Assembly (NCBI GenBank): GCA_023213395.1 | Contig: CM041465.1 | Location: 203,801,741-203,865,740, forward strand | Source: Cycas panzhihuaensis | Taxonomy: Eukaryota; Plantae; Cycadophyta | Length of the DNA stretch: 64,000 nucleotides | Direction of reading: 5' to 3' | Part shown: positions 41,301 to 52,414 of the stretch, piece after piece | Position numbering within the stretch: position 1 is the stretch's first letter | Layout: each line of letters opens with the position of its first letter | Notes under the pieces: model-generated | The model's input: the letters and a program-made list of their open reading frames with translations, nothing else | Told to the model about the DNA's origin: nothing | Database searches by the model: none | Translations under genes and position numbers: made by a program

Positions 41301-41850
41301 ATCTCGCCTTTCGTACAAGGATAACAGAATGTCCCATGCTTCCTTGGAAGTCTTTGCACACACAGTATTCTGATCTACATGAACATCAATAATCATATGT
41401 AAGAATGCCAAAGCAATTTCATCTTTGGCTTTCCAAGTAGTAACAAAAGCAGCACTAGGATGAACAATTACACCATCAGTTACAACAGGTATAGGTTGAG
41501 GTATCCTTCTAAAAACATAACCCTAAAATTTGTTCATTATTAAGAGATTTTGAGTGATCCTTTTCCATTCTTGATAGTTGTCTTATCCTGTTAATCTGAT
41601 GGTACATGTATTTAGCATATTAATAGCAGCCATGTTAAAGTTGTAAGGCTTGAAGCTCGCAGATAACTTGGAAACTCAAAGTTTTTGTCGCTTAAGTTCC
41701 ACCCTCTAACGAAACCAACAGTCTTGGTCTTACTAGAAGATCCAACAACTGAATGGAATGATGAGGGGTGGAAGACTAGGCTAAAGAGTTGGTCCAACCC
41801 TGATCTATAGAGGAGATCCAACAGTTGGCCAAGTTAAATCTAGGACAAGG
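38304..41850 (-). other. LTR-less copy of C1 internal sequence (21510-25064: part of RT, IN, PR, gag and leader) inserted in the C2 5' leader
   Basis: Colinear with C1 and shares C1-specific lesions absent from C2: an extra G in gagaaagggc and a gag W>stop in ataaccctaaaa. Confidence 0.9.
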
Positions 41851-41957
41851 GCTAGTGTTGCCCTATCCTCATCACCTTTATTTACTGACTCATGGGCTAG
41901 CAATGTTACTTTTGTCACATGTTTCAACTAGCTTGCGATACGTTCAATCCAATGAGA
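41851..41957 (+). repeat. 107-bp filler copied from 32031-32137
   Basis: gctagtgttgccctatcctcat...cgttcaatccaatgaga is present at both positions. Confidence 0.92.
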
Positions 41958-43633
41958 TGCTAAGTTCTCAATTAAGCAAAGCAAAACCTTGTGATGAAAA
42001 TACAAGTGGGTTCTTTTTAATGCTCAAGAGTGAAGAGAAGAAGACCACTTGCCAAATAAGCACATCAAGCACCAAGTGTTCGGACTTTAAAATAGTCCCA
42101 ACGATCAAAAAATGAAGTGATTTTATTAAGTAAGAAGTATTCTTGAGCCCTTTTTGTGACTAAGAGCAATAGGTCACCATGCAAGGTGCCTTAAAATGAG
42201 TGTTGAAATAGTGATAAATATCACTTTTGACAAAGTATCAACACTTAAAATCACTTTCAACAATACTTTTTATCACTTATAAACATGGAATAAGTGTAAA
42301 ATAAAACTTGAAATGCCTAAACAAAGGCTGAAATTCAAATTTTTGCAACTTTGAGCAATAAGGACACCACGCAAGGAGCCTTTGAAAATGCTTCAAAATA
42401 AGTATTTTTAATCTTCAAAGAAGTGAGATTGACTTAGTATCAGTGATTTAATGAGATCACTAAGTACTAAGAAGATTTTTAGCTCCAAAAGTACAAAAAA
42501 AAAAAACATTCCCTTAAAAAAATTTAAACCAAAAATCACCATGCAAGGTGCCTTGACTAAGAAAAATAGCTTAATAAGAGGAAAATATCACTTTTAATGT
42601 AGAAAATCACTAAAATACCTTGGTTTAGTCTCTCTCTTACTAAAATGGAGTCAATATGATTAAAAAACTGAGAGAAATACTAAGGTAACCTTGAAGTTAG
42701 CTTAAAAAAGTGATTTTTTAGTACTTTAAGTGACTTAAAAAAACACTTAGTATAAACTTTAGACCAAAAGAGTTTATATAAAAAGGAATATACTAAGGAT
42801 ATTCCAATGTTTATAACCTAATGTTAAAAGGTAAATGTTAAGAAAACGAAATTTTTGAAAAAAATGGTCGACGGAGGAGCCGCCGCCGTCTGTGCGCCTG
42901 CGGAGACGAACAAGTGGTTCGATCTCCGTGTATACTCAGCAGAATTGACCGAAACTTCAAAGACAGGTCTTCATTAGTCCAATGGAGGTGCAGCTCAAAT
43001 ATGAAGTGTTTTGACTGAGCCTGCAAGGAGAACGAAGCAGGAGAGCTAAAACGGAGAGTGCACAAGTCAGTGAGAGAAAATGACAGCCATACGGTTATCT
43101 AGGGTCTGAAACCCTTCAGGACTGCACCAAAAAACTTCGTTGAGGTTTGTTACACCTGCATGTGAGTCAGTACGTGGACAACCAGTCTGATTTAAGAGAA
43201 AAGAACAGAGAAACCTCAATTTCTGAAGTAGAAATCACTAAAAACAGTGATAAATCATCCCATCTTTGTTAGAGAAAATGTAGAATATCAGCTACAGATT
43301 AGAGACAATTGAGTAACCATAGATATGCCCCCCTTTTTTGCAAAATAATTTTTTCTTGAAGAAAAATTAAGGAAAAAACACTGTTTTTGAAGAAAACAGT
43401 GTTGCACCCTTCATAGAGATCTGAAAAAAAAAAATTCAAATATGAAAGTAGCCTTGCTCTAGCTTTTAGTACTACTCCAGAAGCTTGAACCTGCAAGAAA
43501 TAGGTCTCAACAAACCTTGGATCGCCTTCGGAGGGCGAAGGTTGTCACCAAGGGTTTGTAACCCTTCTTTGAATCTCCTTGAGCAGAAAAATCAGAACAG
43601 AGGGAACTAGTCTCCTCTAGCTCTGATACCAAA

Positions 43634-44187
43634 TGTGAAAAATGGCCTAATGGCCTTACAATCCCAAGATCTAGAAGCTAGGTTCACTCTAGTTCTAGAA
43701 AGCAAAAAATGCTAAACAAGTATGAAACTATAAGATGAAACATAAGCAAGATAAAGCATGAAAAGAAGGAGCAAGAAAATGATACCAAAGATGAGGAGTT
43801 GGAATTGGTCCAACCTCCAAATAAATAACAGTTTGATTAGCAACCGGCAAGATAACAATGTCTGACTCCAACTCTATATGAGAACAATGGGGAGAGGTCT
43901 CATTATATAGAGTGAAGGGAGAGACCTAAGGTATTGGATGTTTGACACGTGTCAAACATCCAAGGTACATGCCTTGCATGTAGGACATGTGTCCTTTTAG
44001 GGCTCTCAATTGAGCAAAAGTGCATGGGGGTCCATTTGACCCTTTAGTGACAATGTTGTGTCACTAGGAAAGAATGTGGGTGTGCACTTTATCACTTAAG
44101 TGATAAGTCACCCCTAAAGTACAAAAGTACAAATATTACATGACAAATAAAGTACATAGTTTTAACATGTAAACATAAGGTTTAACA
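43634..44187 (-). repeat. C2 5' LTR
   Basis: Adjacent to PBS gctctgatacca at 43620-43631; minus-strand TATA-like CTCTATATAATG at ~43901-43912. Confidence 0.95.
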
Positions 44188-46038
44188 TTTATTTTATTTT
44201 ATTTTATTATGAAATCAATTTTTTGGAGGAAAAAATAAGTGATTATTTTTGAAGGCTATAAATAGAGTAGCTTTCCTCATTTGTAAATAGACTTGGAAAA
44301 ATTCTGTATATTGGTAAAATGGCTTTGTGCCATTAAGGCCTTGTGCCTGTTGGAGGATTGTGCCTGCCTCAAAAAGGGTTGTTGTTGGACATCATGTATC
44401 AGGTTCTTTTTTTTTTTGTCAAACTATTATTATTTACTATTGTTATTAATGTATGCATGACATGTATCTCTACTGAATCATGTTTATGAGAGTTTAGTGC
44501 TGAAATTACATTTTATTTGTCATAAATGTTTGAACTCCACTATGAAATACTATGATATGTTGTGAATGTTTCTGCTATTTGTTGGAAGATTGCTTCTGTC
44601 TGCTATATTTTCTAATTAGATCCGCTCCAGTGGTATTAGAGTAAGAAGAAAATGAGTCTGGGGCTTACATCAAAGACCAAAAATTAGGGCCCTAAGTAAA
44701 TTGGCTCTGTTTTGGCCCATTTCTGCTATTATCATTCCTCCATTATGTTGTGAAAACCCTACTTTCATTGCAATCAGAACTATGTGAAAAGGAAATATGG
44801 GGGTTTGAGACCGAAAATCAAAGCTTCATTCTACTGCTAGGCTGACCAAAATCAAAGCTTCGTTCTACTGCCAGGCTAACCAAAATTAGAGCCAAACGCA
44901 TCAAACATAAGTGAACAGATTCAATACTCTATTGCATTAAACCCTATGCTCATGGTTTATGAAATTCACCATTAAATGCATACAAAGAAGATCATTGTTA
45001 CACTAGGTGCGTATTGGTTAAACATCCATCATGGACCATCACATCTATTGCGTGTTCATTCTGCTCAAGAGGTTTACCGAAAAAGATACTTTCACAAAGG
45101 GACTGTAGTTGTTTCTACCCTAGGTATTTCATCAGTGTAGGGAATCACTAGCAAGCGAACACCTTAGATGTCAGAATATAATGTTTAATGTGTATGTGGT
45201 TAAGTAAAAGTGGGTCCTAGGATTATTAGTCATAGTCCTAAGTCTTAGGGTCAAAGGGTCATTATAATACTATGTAAAAAGATAAAAGCTTATTGATCAA
45301 GTTAGTGGTGTAATGCTATTGGTCAGGACAAAGGTATTTGTCCCACATGCATTACTTGTGTTGTATAGTCTCCACCTTTGTTTGCTATATAAAGGTGGTT
45401 GAGGTAGTGTATAGACACATCACATCATCAAGGCTCATATTGAGTCTTTGGTGTTTTGATATGTTAATGCATTCTGATTTTGTTATCTTTGTTTATTGAT
45501 ATTGTTCTTGTGTGGTTGATGAATGTTCTCAATGTTAAAATCTTAACATGGTATCAGAGCAGGTTGTGTGTTGAGGACATTGAGGTGTTGGGTCAGCTGC
45601 CAGATTGAGGATTCGAATTGGAAAGGTGAGACCGCAAAGTCATTAATATTACAAGGTGTACATTGTGATGTAAGGCAGAATTTTAACAACGGATTAAGAA
45701 CTGTTGTAAGAACGAGATTGAGAAAAAGGAGAAGCCCAGTATAGGATAAAGCACTCAAAGTAAGTTGGTATGAATCAGAAATTTCACCAGGTAATATCGT
45801 TTCTTCATTGCATTATTTATATTAGGGTTATCTTGGAGTCAAGGCCAACATGTATGATTGATGTGTGGAGGATATTCTTTGGATCTATATTCTGGCTACC
45901 GTGACATGTCTATGGAAATATGGTTGCTAGCATTGATTTTAGGGCTTGGTGAAACCCTAACCCCAGAAATATTATAAGTGGTAAGGTGAAGAAAGTATTG
46001 GTTATATGTGACTGAAGTATAATTCAAACCCACATCTT

Positions 46039-46310
46039 GAATCGCACAAAACCACATCGTTTAACCACAGGTTTTTCTGACAAGCACAAGTTCCCCAAAC
46101 TGGCCAAAAACAAATATAGTTCTCATCGGTTACATTGGGATCCAACCCAACAACAAATATAGTTGTATTATTTGGATCATTATCCGACTGAACAGCTTGA
46201 GGTGGTGGCACTTGATATGCAGCTTTACCAGCACCCTATTGCTGAAACTCTGAAGTCTTCTTTGTAGCTGTACCAATACGCATAGGCCCAGTGAAACAAA
46301 TCCTCCCATT
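46039..46310 (-). pseudogene. RBP45/RBP47: Captured fragment of an RBP45/RBP47-family polyadenylate/RNA-binding protein gene (end of RRM2, linker, start of RRM3)
   Basis: NGRICFTGPMRIGTATKKT...QSDNDPNNTTIFVVGLDPNVTDE, then after frameshifts VFGQFGELVLV and KPVVKRCGFVRF. This matches the family motifs PMRIG, SDNDPNNTTIFVGGLD and KIPVGKRCGFVQF. Confidence 0.85.
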
Positions 46311-47751
46311 CCTCCTATATCTGCCTCGAACAATGCAGGAGCTCAAGGTGGAATCATTCCAGCTTTGACCATAGGTGATTCTCCTGTGTCTGTTTTATCT
46401 GTTGCAAGGGAAGAACAGCAGCAGGCGCCTCTGACATGATAATCTGAGGAACAGATCTTCTAATCAAGGGGCCGGTTAGCGTGTAGCTTCCTCCGTTGAC
46501 GTTAAAAATTGGTGCCGTGAGGGTGAGGTGCAAACAAAGGTGGTTTGTAGGTCAGCGGGTGCTCAGAAGATGAACAACATTCTTTTGCAGGTTGACTATG
46601 GCAGCGTCTTCGGTCAGAGCTGTGGGTTAGAGCATCTCTGTTTCTCATAGCACTAGTATTCCCAAATCGTGTTCTTTTGCCATTCGATGATCCACAACAT
46701 TGACTCTTCTTCATTTCTCCGTCTTGAGGTTTTGTGTTCACTGTTCAAAGTGTTACAAGGAAGGCGGCCACATTTGTGAAGATAGCAGACTAAGATCATT
46801 CGTGACTGGATGCTTAGATATAGCTGCTACTCCACTTTCATGTTCTGTGCAGCCTCCTCCTGAAGGTCCTAATTGATGCTTTTCTTGTTGAAGCTGAGCA
46901 CAGTATCACTGAGACAGTGGCGGCACTTTTGTTGCTCGAATGTTACGCCGCCTCCTTCCCCTCACAGGTACAGTCTTTGATGTGAATTTGGGATGTTCAT
47001 CCCACCTACGATTAGAGGTCCCGAAACTTCAAATTTCGAGAAAGATCTGGGAGAGTCGGGTTCCTTGCTACAAATAGCAGTGTTGTAAATACGTTGTGCC
47101 ATTACCTGATTGGAAATGTAATAGTGTGTCTATGGCAGCCATGTGTTAGATTTGAAACATGTTATCAAAGTAAACTGGGTTGCAAAATTAGAATGCAAAG
47201 AAAAAAATGATCAAGTCTTTAAGATCTTATTCAGGAAGTGCAAAGTAAATGGTCTAAAGTCAGAAAAGGGGACTGTTCTTTCAAATAGATTGACCTCAAA
47301 TTCTGGTTTTCTGAGGACAGTCTGCACCTATTCCATTCCAAACACTGTTTGTGTCTACACCGTTGACATGACACCCATTGAAACGGAGGCTCTCAAGTTG
47401 CAGAAACAACCTGCGATTATGAGACTGAACTTGCATTGAACAGTCTAGTATTAATTTGCTGTGTCTTTTGCTACTGTGTAGGCTATAGTAATTTTGAATG
47501 CTGAGAGTTCTAGCCAAAAGTGGACAACCACTTGGAAATGGTGTGAGGCAGTTCTGTAGAGAGCTTAAGCAAATAAGTGTGCTTCCTGCATGCATCCCAC
47601 AACAAGCGTCTCTTGCAACTGTTGTGTTCTGGTGTGGTCTCTGTGATCTTTTGCAATGAATTCTGATATGGGGATTCAAGTATGTTTTTGATTTGATAGA
47701 TCTTTTTTTGGCCGAAGTGGATATATTTTTTGATCCTCTCATTCATACATC

Positions 47752-48170
47752 ATGGAGTTGAATGACATCATAGTCTTTGTGCCTGAAAAAAATGAATACT
47801 GCCTATCAGATCTCATTTTTCCTTTGCCCAAATATATTGGAACTAATTTTCGTTTTTGGAAAATTAAGATGGAGAGCCTATTCATATTGAAGAAACTTTG
47901 GAAAACAGTTATGGGTACTGAAATGGCTCATGAAGAAGGGGAGGAAATTTTCCAAAAAGAAAAGCATAATTGTTATTGACGTAATACTTGCAGCCTTTGA
48001 TAAGGATAACCTCCCTTCTTCCTATCACTTCATTATCCAGATTCTGCAGAATACTGACTCAGCTGAGGATGCTTGGAAACTTCTGACAGAAGTGCATAAA
48101 AAAGGACCTGAAAAAGTACATTAGAGAATCAAAAGGGCAAAGAATCAAAGGAAGAAATTGAAGAGGAAAG
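47752..48170 (+). pseudogene. Element D degenerate Copia gag N-terminus
   Basis: LPKYIGTNFRFWKIKMESLFILKKLWKTV and SAEDAWKLL (frameshifted), similar to element E gag NFSLWKIKIEGLL...AWKIV. Confidence 0.75.
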
Positions 48171-50894
48171 AAAAAAGGGAAAAACAGCGTGACAAAGCCA
48201 TGACTCCATCAAATACCTTAAGTCTCATCAAAAAACCAGCATTGGAGACTGAAGATTCTAGGTATCAATCTTTACCGATAACAATTCATGGAGACAAGTT
48301 ACCTAACAAAAAGTATGGATAATATTATCCTAGTTTGTGTTGACAGGTTGGTAGGAAGAATTCAAATGATGACAGGTCATACAGTGATTTGCATGCATTC
48401 GGAATTATCCATGATCTCCTTTAACTCAGTTACATCTTCCATTCTCATCTTTGAAAGAATCAAAATTATAACAGCATATCCTACAGCAGCACTGGAAAGT
48501 TATCTCCAAGAAAGGAGGAACATAAGGAGGATACCATATGATCAAAATCTTGCTTGTCAAAATCATATTACCTTTTGGTTAGGTTACTTGATCATAAAAG
48601 TCAATCATATTGAAATAATGTTCCATGTATGCATATCCATAATCAGAAAGTATATGCATGTGAGTATCATGGAAATACTCGTTATGCTTAGTTCATGGAA
48701 TCTTTTGAGTGATATGAAGAAAACAGGGTATCTTACACAGCCTACAGGTAACGATGATGAAGCAATTGGAACTCGTCTCAGTGAATTCATTGCTTCAGGG
48801 GAGGATAATGGTGTCTCACTGATTGATAACTCATTGCTACAGTTGGATAATGATGATTTGCTAACATCTATTTTGAAGAAAGTGGAAGCAAACAGGTGAT
48901 AGAAGACATACCTGATGGACACCTTGAAGATATCTTTGATGAGTACATGCAGGATCATGCTGAATTACCCATCTTTTACTACTTGTTTTGCATGTCAAAG
49001 GATTCCCAATTGTGTATGAAGGTGAAAAAAGCAAAGCTCGAAGACCGTCAGTTCAAGGGACTACCTCAAAAACGACGCTACAGGATTGAAGACCAAGACC
49101 AAACCCAAGACATGGTGTTCAAGACCTTTCCAAGATCAAGACGCTGGAGATTCAAAGAAGACAAAGTGCATTAGAGTCCTTAATAGCCATGTGTCAAAGT
49201 GTCATGTGTCAGTCTTATCATGTTGTCTTTAGTGTCTATAGTCTCAAATTCAAGTCAAGTGTTAATGTATGTCAGTTATGTCAAACTGTCCTTAGTTTAA
49301 ACATTAAACATTAACGGGAGGTGTTAGAATATAATGTTTAATGTGTATGTGGTTAAGTAAAAGTGGGTCCTAGGATTATTAGTCATAGTCCTAAGTCTTA
49401 GGGTCAAAGGGTCATTATAATACTATGTAAAAAGATAGAAGCTTATTAGTCAAGTTAGTGGTGTAATGCTATTGGTCAGGACAAAGGTATTTGTCCCACA
49501 TGCATTACTTGTGTTGTATAGTCTCCACCTTTGTTTGCTATATAAAGGTGGTTGAGGTAGTGTATAGACACATCACATCATCAAGGCTCATATTGAGTCT
49601 TTGGTGTTTTGATATGTTAATGCATTCTGATTTTGTTATCTTTGTTTATTGATATTGTTCTTGTGTGGTTGATGAATGTTCTCCATGTTAAAATCTTAAC
49701 ATTAGAGAGTCCATTCATTGTTTTCAGAACTACATTCATGGCCAGGGTTTGAAGGGCGAACCAAGAAGCCATGGAAGTGGCCAACTATCGTGGTGCTTGT
49801 TCCTGCTCCCTACCTAGATATTCAGACATACAAGAGTGAGTTTACATTTTTGCAGTGCAAAGACAAAGGCAAGAAAGGGTTTGTTACATGCCATAGAGAA
49901 ATTGGAAGTATCATCCATAGATTCCACATAGAATCCAAGCAAGGGGACTATGAGCTACTAGAGTCGAGTGTTATACAGACTCTACATAGTGCCAAACAGG
50001 AAAGAATTAAACCTATGCAGCAAAAAGGAGGCAATACCCTATCATTGACTGGAGATACATTTTAGTTAACAGGGTAGAAATAAATTTTGCGGACATTCCA
50101 TCGATGAGATAATCATCTAGACTTGCAAGCAAAGATATCAATCTGAACGTCGAAGGCACAAAGGTAGAGGTCACAAATGAACAATCAACCGGATCATTCA
50201 CAACAAAGACAACACACATATTTAAGTGGTGTTAATGATCGCAAGACACTTATCACCAGAGACTTTAAGCCAATTATGGAGGGCATGTAGGAAGAGTGAA
50301 ACGTAAAGAAGCATTTGTGGAAGACATATATCGTGTTGTGTGACTTAGGGAGATATGTGGCAACCATGTGAACTATAGACCTTTAGCTTACAACGTAGGT
50401 ATACCACATGCCAATGCAGGGTGCAAAATAACTGAAGGCTCAATTACAGAACGCAGAGGAAGCTTAGATCCCCACCGGAAAATATCAAACACAAATAACC
50501 CAACAACAGAGGTCGCACAACACAAAGATTTTATTTGTTCTAAAGTTATTTAAATTTAATTCTATTGGAACTCACATTTGGAATCTGCCTCTGATTGCTA
50601 GTCGATGGTCACGTGGTGATCTCTTATGACAAGGTGCTAATGTCCTAAAAAGGGGATTCCAACATATAATTTATTTATTATATTATATTTTATTTTTTCA
50701 ATTTGACTGTTAAAAAGGGTACTTGAACATTTTCATCCATGTCTCGAGCTACAGATGTCAAACTGCAATGTCGTCTGAACCATTGGATTCTTAATTCAAA
50801 GACATTCGTTACAAGTAGTCATATGTGATAGTTTAGACCAACAGAAGATATAGATTTTTATTATTGAAATTGCAACTTTAGTTAAATAGAAAAA

Positions 50895-51120
50895 ATGGAC
50901 TTAAAACTTTTCTATCGTGATGAAGGTACTGATATCAACAAATGGCTACAAATGGTCAAAACACTAAATGAATTCACAAGGGACACTGACATGGAAGAAT
51001 ATGGAGCATATAAGAAACTTCTTTTGCAAGGGAAAGCTCTTGAGTGGTTCATTGAGTGGTCTAGCAAAACAAAAATATTCAATGATTAGGCATGATTTAA
51101 ACTGATGTTAATGAGTGAGC
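50895..51120 (+). pseudogene. Element B degenerate gag-like ORF
   Basis: DINKWLQMV...MEEYGAYKKLLLQGKALEWFIEW...ND*A*FK has the retrotransposon gag pattern L.G.A..W...W..FK. Confidence 0.72.
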
Positions 51121-52414
51121 CATGGAATAGGAATCAAACTAAACATATTCAAATAGTGCACAAACAAGAACCAAAAGACAATTCCACAAAGGAGGAACGA
51201 GAAGAGGCCACTCTTGATGAAGGTGATGACAAAAAGGGATCTAATTACATATAGTGCAAAAGATCAAGCAATGAAAAATTTGCACACGTAGAAGAAGACA
51301 CTAAGCAGATGAGGGAGTAGGGTGTAGCTAGCCAAGAAGAATCCGTCCAATCCGTCCAATGCTACGAAGAGGAACCTGAGCAGCACGAGAAAGAGTCCAT
51401 GTAATCAAGCAAACCCCATGAGGTACTCGACATGGTTCTTAATCCTATTTAGCACATGCATATTTCATTTGGTAGTTTTATCTATCCTCTCTCTTTCCCA
51501 AGTTTAATAGCAGTAGAAAAGCTTCTTTTCTCCCATCCCATAGTTAGCCAAAATCCTAATCCTCTTAACTCTAGTTTCTTCGTAGGACAAATCCAAATTC
51601 CCCTTTCTAATCTTAGCTCATCTCTTTACTTGTGTACTCCTTGACCTCCTATAGACCATCCTCAATAGGATATTCCATAACTTCAACCGATTCATCAAGT
51701 TTTGTCACTTAGTATTACCCCTTACAAAATCCAATCTGACTTTTCCCATACCCCTTCAATTCCATATTATCAATATTGATTTTTTCAATTGAATCTTTCA
51801 TTTTGTCTGAATACCATTCTTGAAAACCTATTAAATCCTTTTTTTTATAAAGAACATCTATCACTAATCATTCATCCATCCTTCCTTCCCAAGAAGTGTT
51901 GCGGTCTAACAAAACCTGCAATTCTCACCTCCATCCAAGGTAGATTCCAAAATTTTCTTTTTATGCCTGCAAAGTAGCTTTTTATACTTGCAAAGCTATG
52001 CCTAATCTCAGCTCATAATCCCACCTCGTCTTTTCTTTTTCACAATAAACAGTCATCAATCCATGACCATTACGATCAATTCTTTTCACAAAATCCTCAC
52101 TTCTCTTTCCATAAACTATCCCATCAAAAAGTAAAATATGCAAACGCAAGGCAAGACTAGGACGAGACATCTAAGACACCTCTCAGGTCCCAGGATCCTT
52201 TTGACACAGAACAAGATCTAGCATGTACCTGGCCTCAACAACAAACATCAACAAACTCAAGGCACCTGCTAGCAGAGTTCTACGAAAGATGCAAAATCGA
52301 GCCAAATCTTTATGACATATAGGAGCTAGTTGGTGGTGGCAGGAAGATTAGATTGAGCTACAAGCAATTCTCGATACTTCAAGGGCGAAGTATCATTTTT
52401 AAGGGTAGGGGAAT

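Larger units (their letters stand above)
32749..44187 (-). mobile_element. Copia C2: same family as C1, inserted in the 5' LTR of B and enlarged by an internal templated insertion
   Basis: LTRs at 32749-33301 and 43634-44187; perfect TSD TTTAT (32744-32748, 44188-44192); PBS 43620-43631; PPT complement 33302-33310. Confidence 0.96.
45169..49701 (+). mobile_element. Element D: young non-autonomous Copia-type LTR element (TR-GAG-like) carrying captured host sequence
   Basis: 380-bp LTRs at 45169-45548 and 49322-49701 with ~5 differences; perfect TSD TTAGA; PBS tggtatcagagc 45549-45560; PPT ~49314-49321; no PR, IN, RT or RH. Confidence 0.95.

Noticed and set aside
38304-41850. Nested third Copia insertion or assembly duplication of C2
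   Set aside because: There are no LTRs or 5-bp TSD, the sequence matches C1 rather than C2 yet has its own substitutions, and the junctions show filler and microhomology.
44814-44887. 34-bp tandem duplication in the element B leader
   Set aside because: It is an ordinary short slippage duplication with no further signal.
47296-47742. 148-aa minus-strand ORF in D and 203-aa ORF at 48288-48899
   Set aside because: Neither has a recognisable domain, so they are not called as genes. They are kept only as possible cargo.
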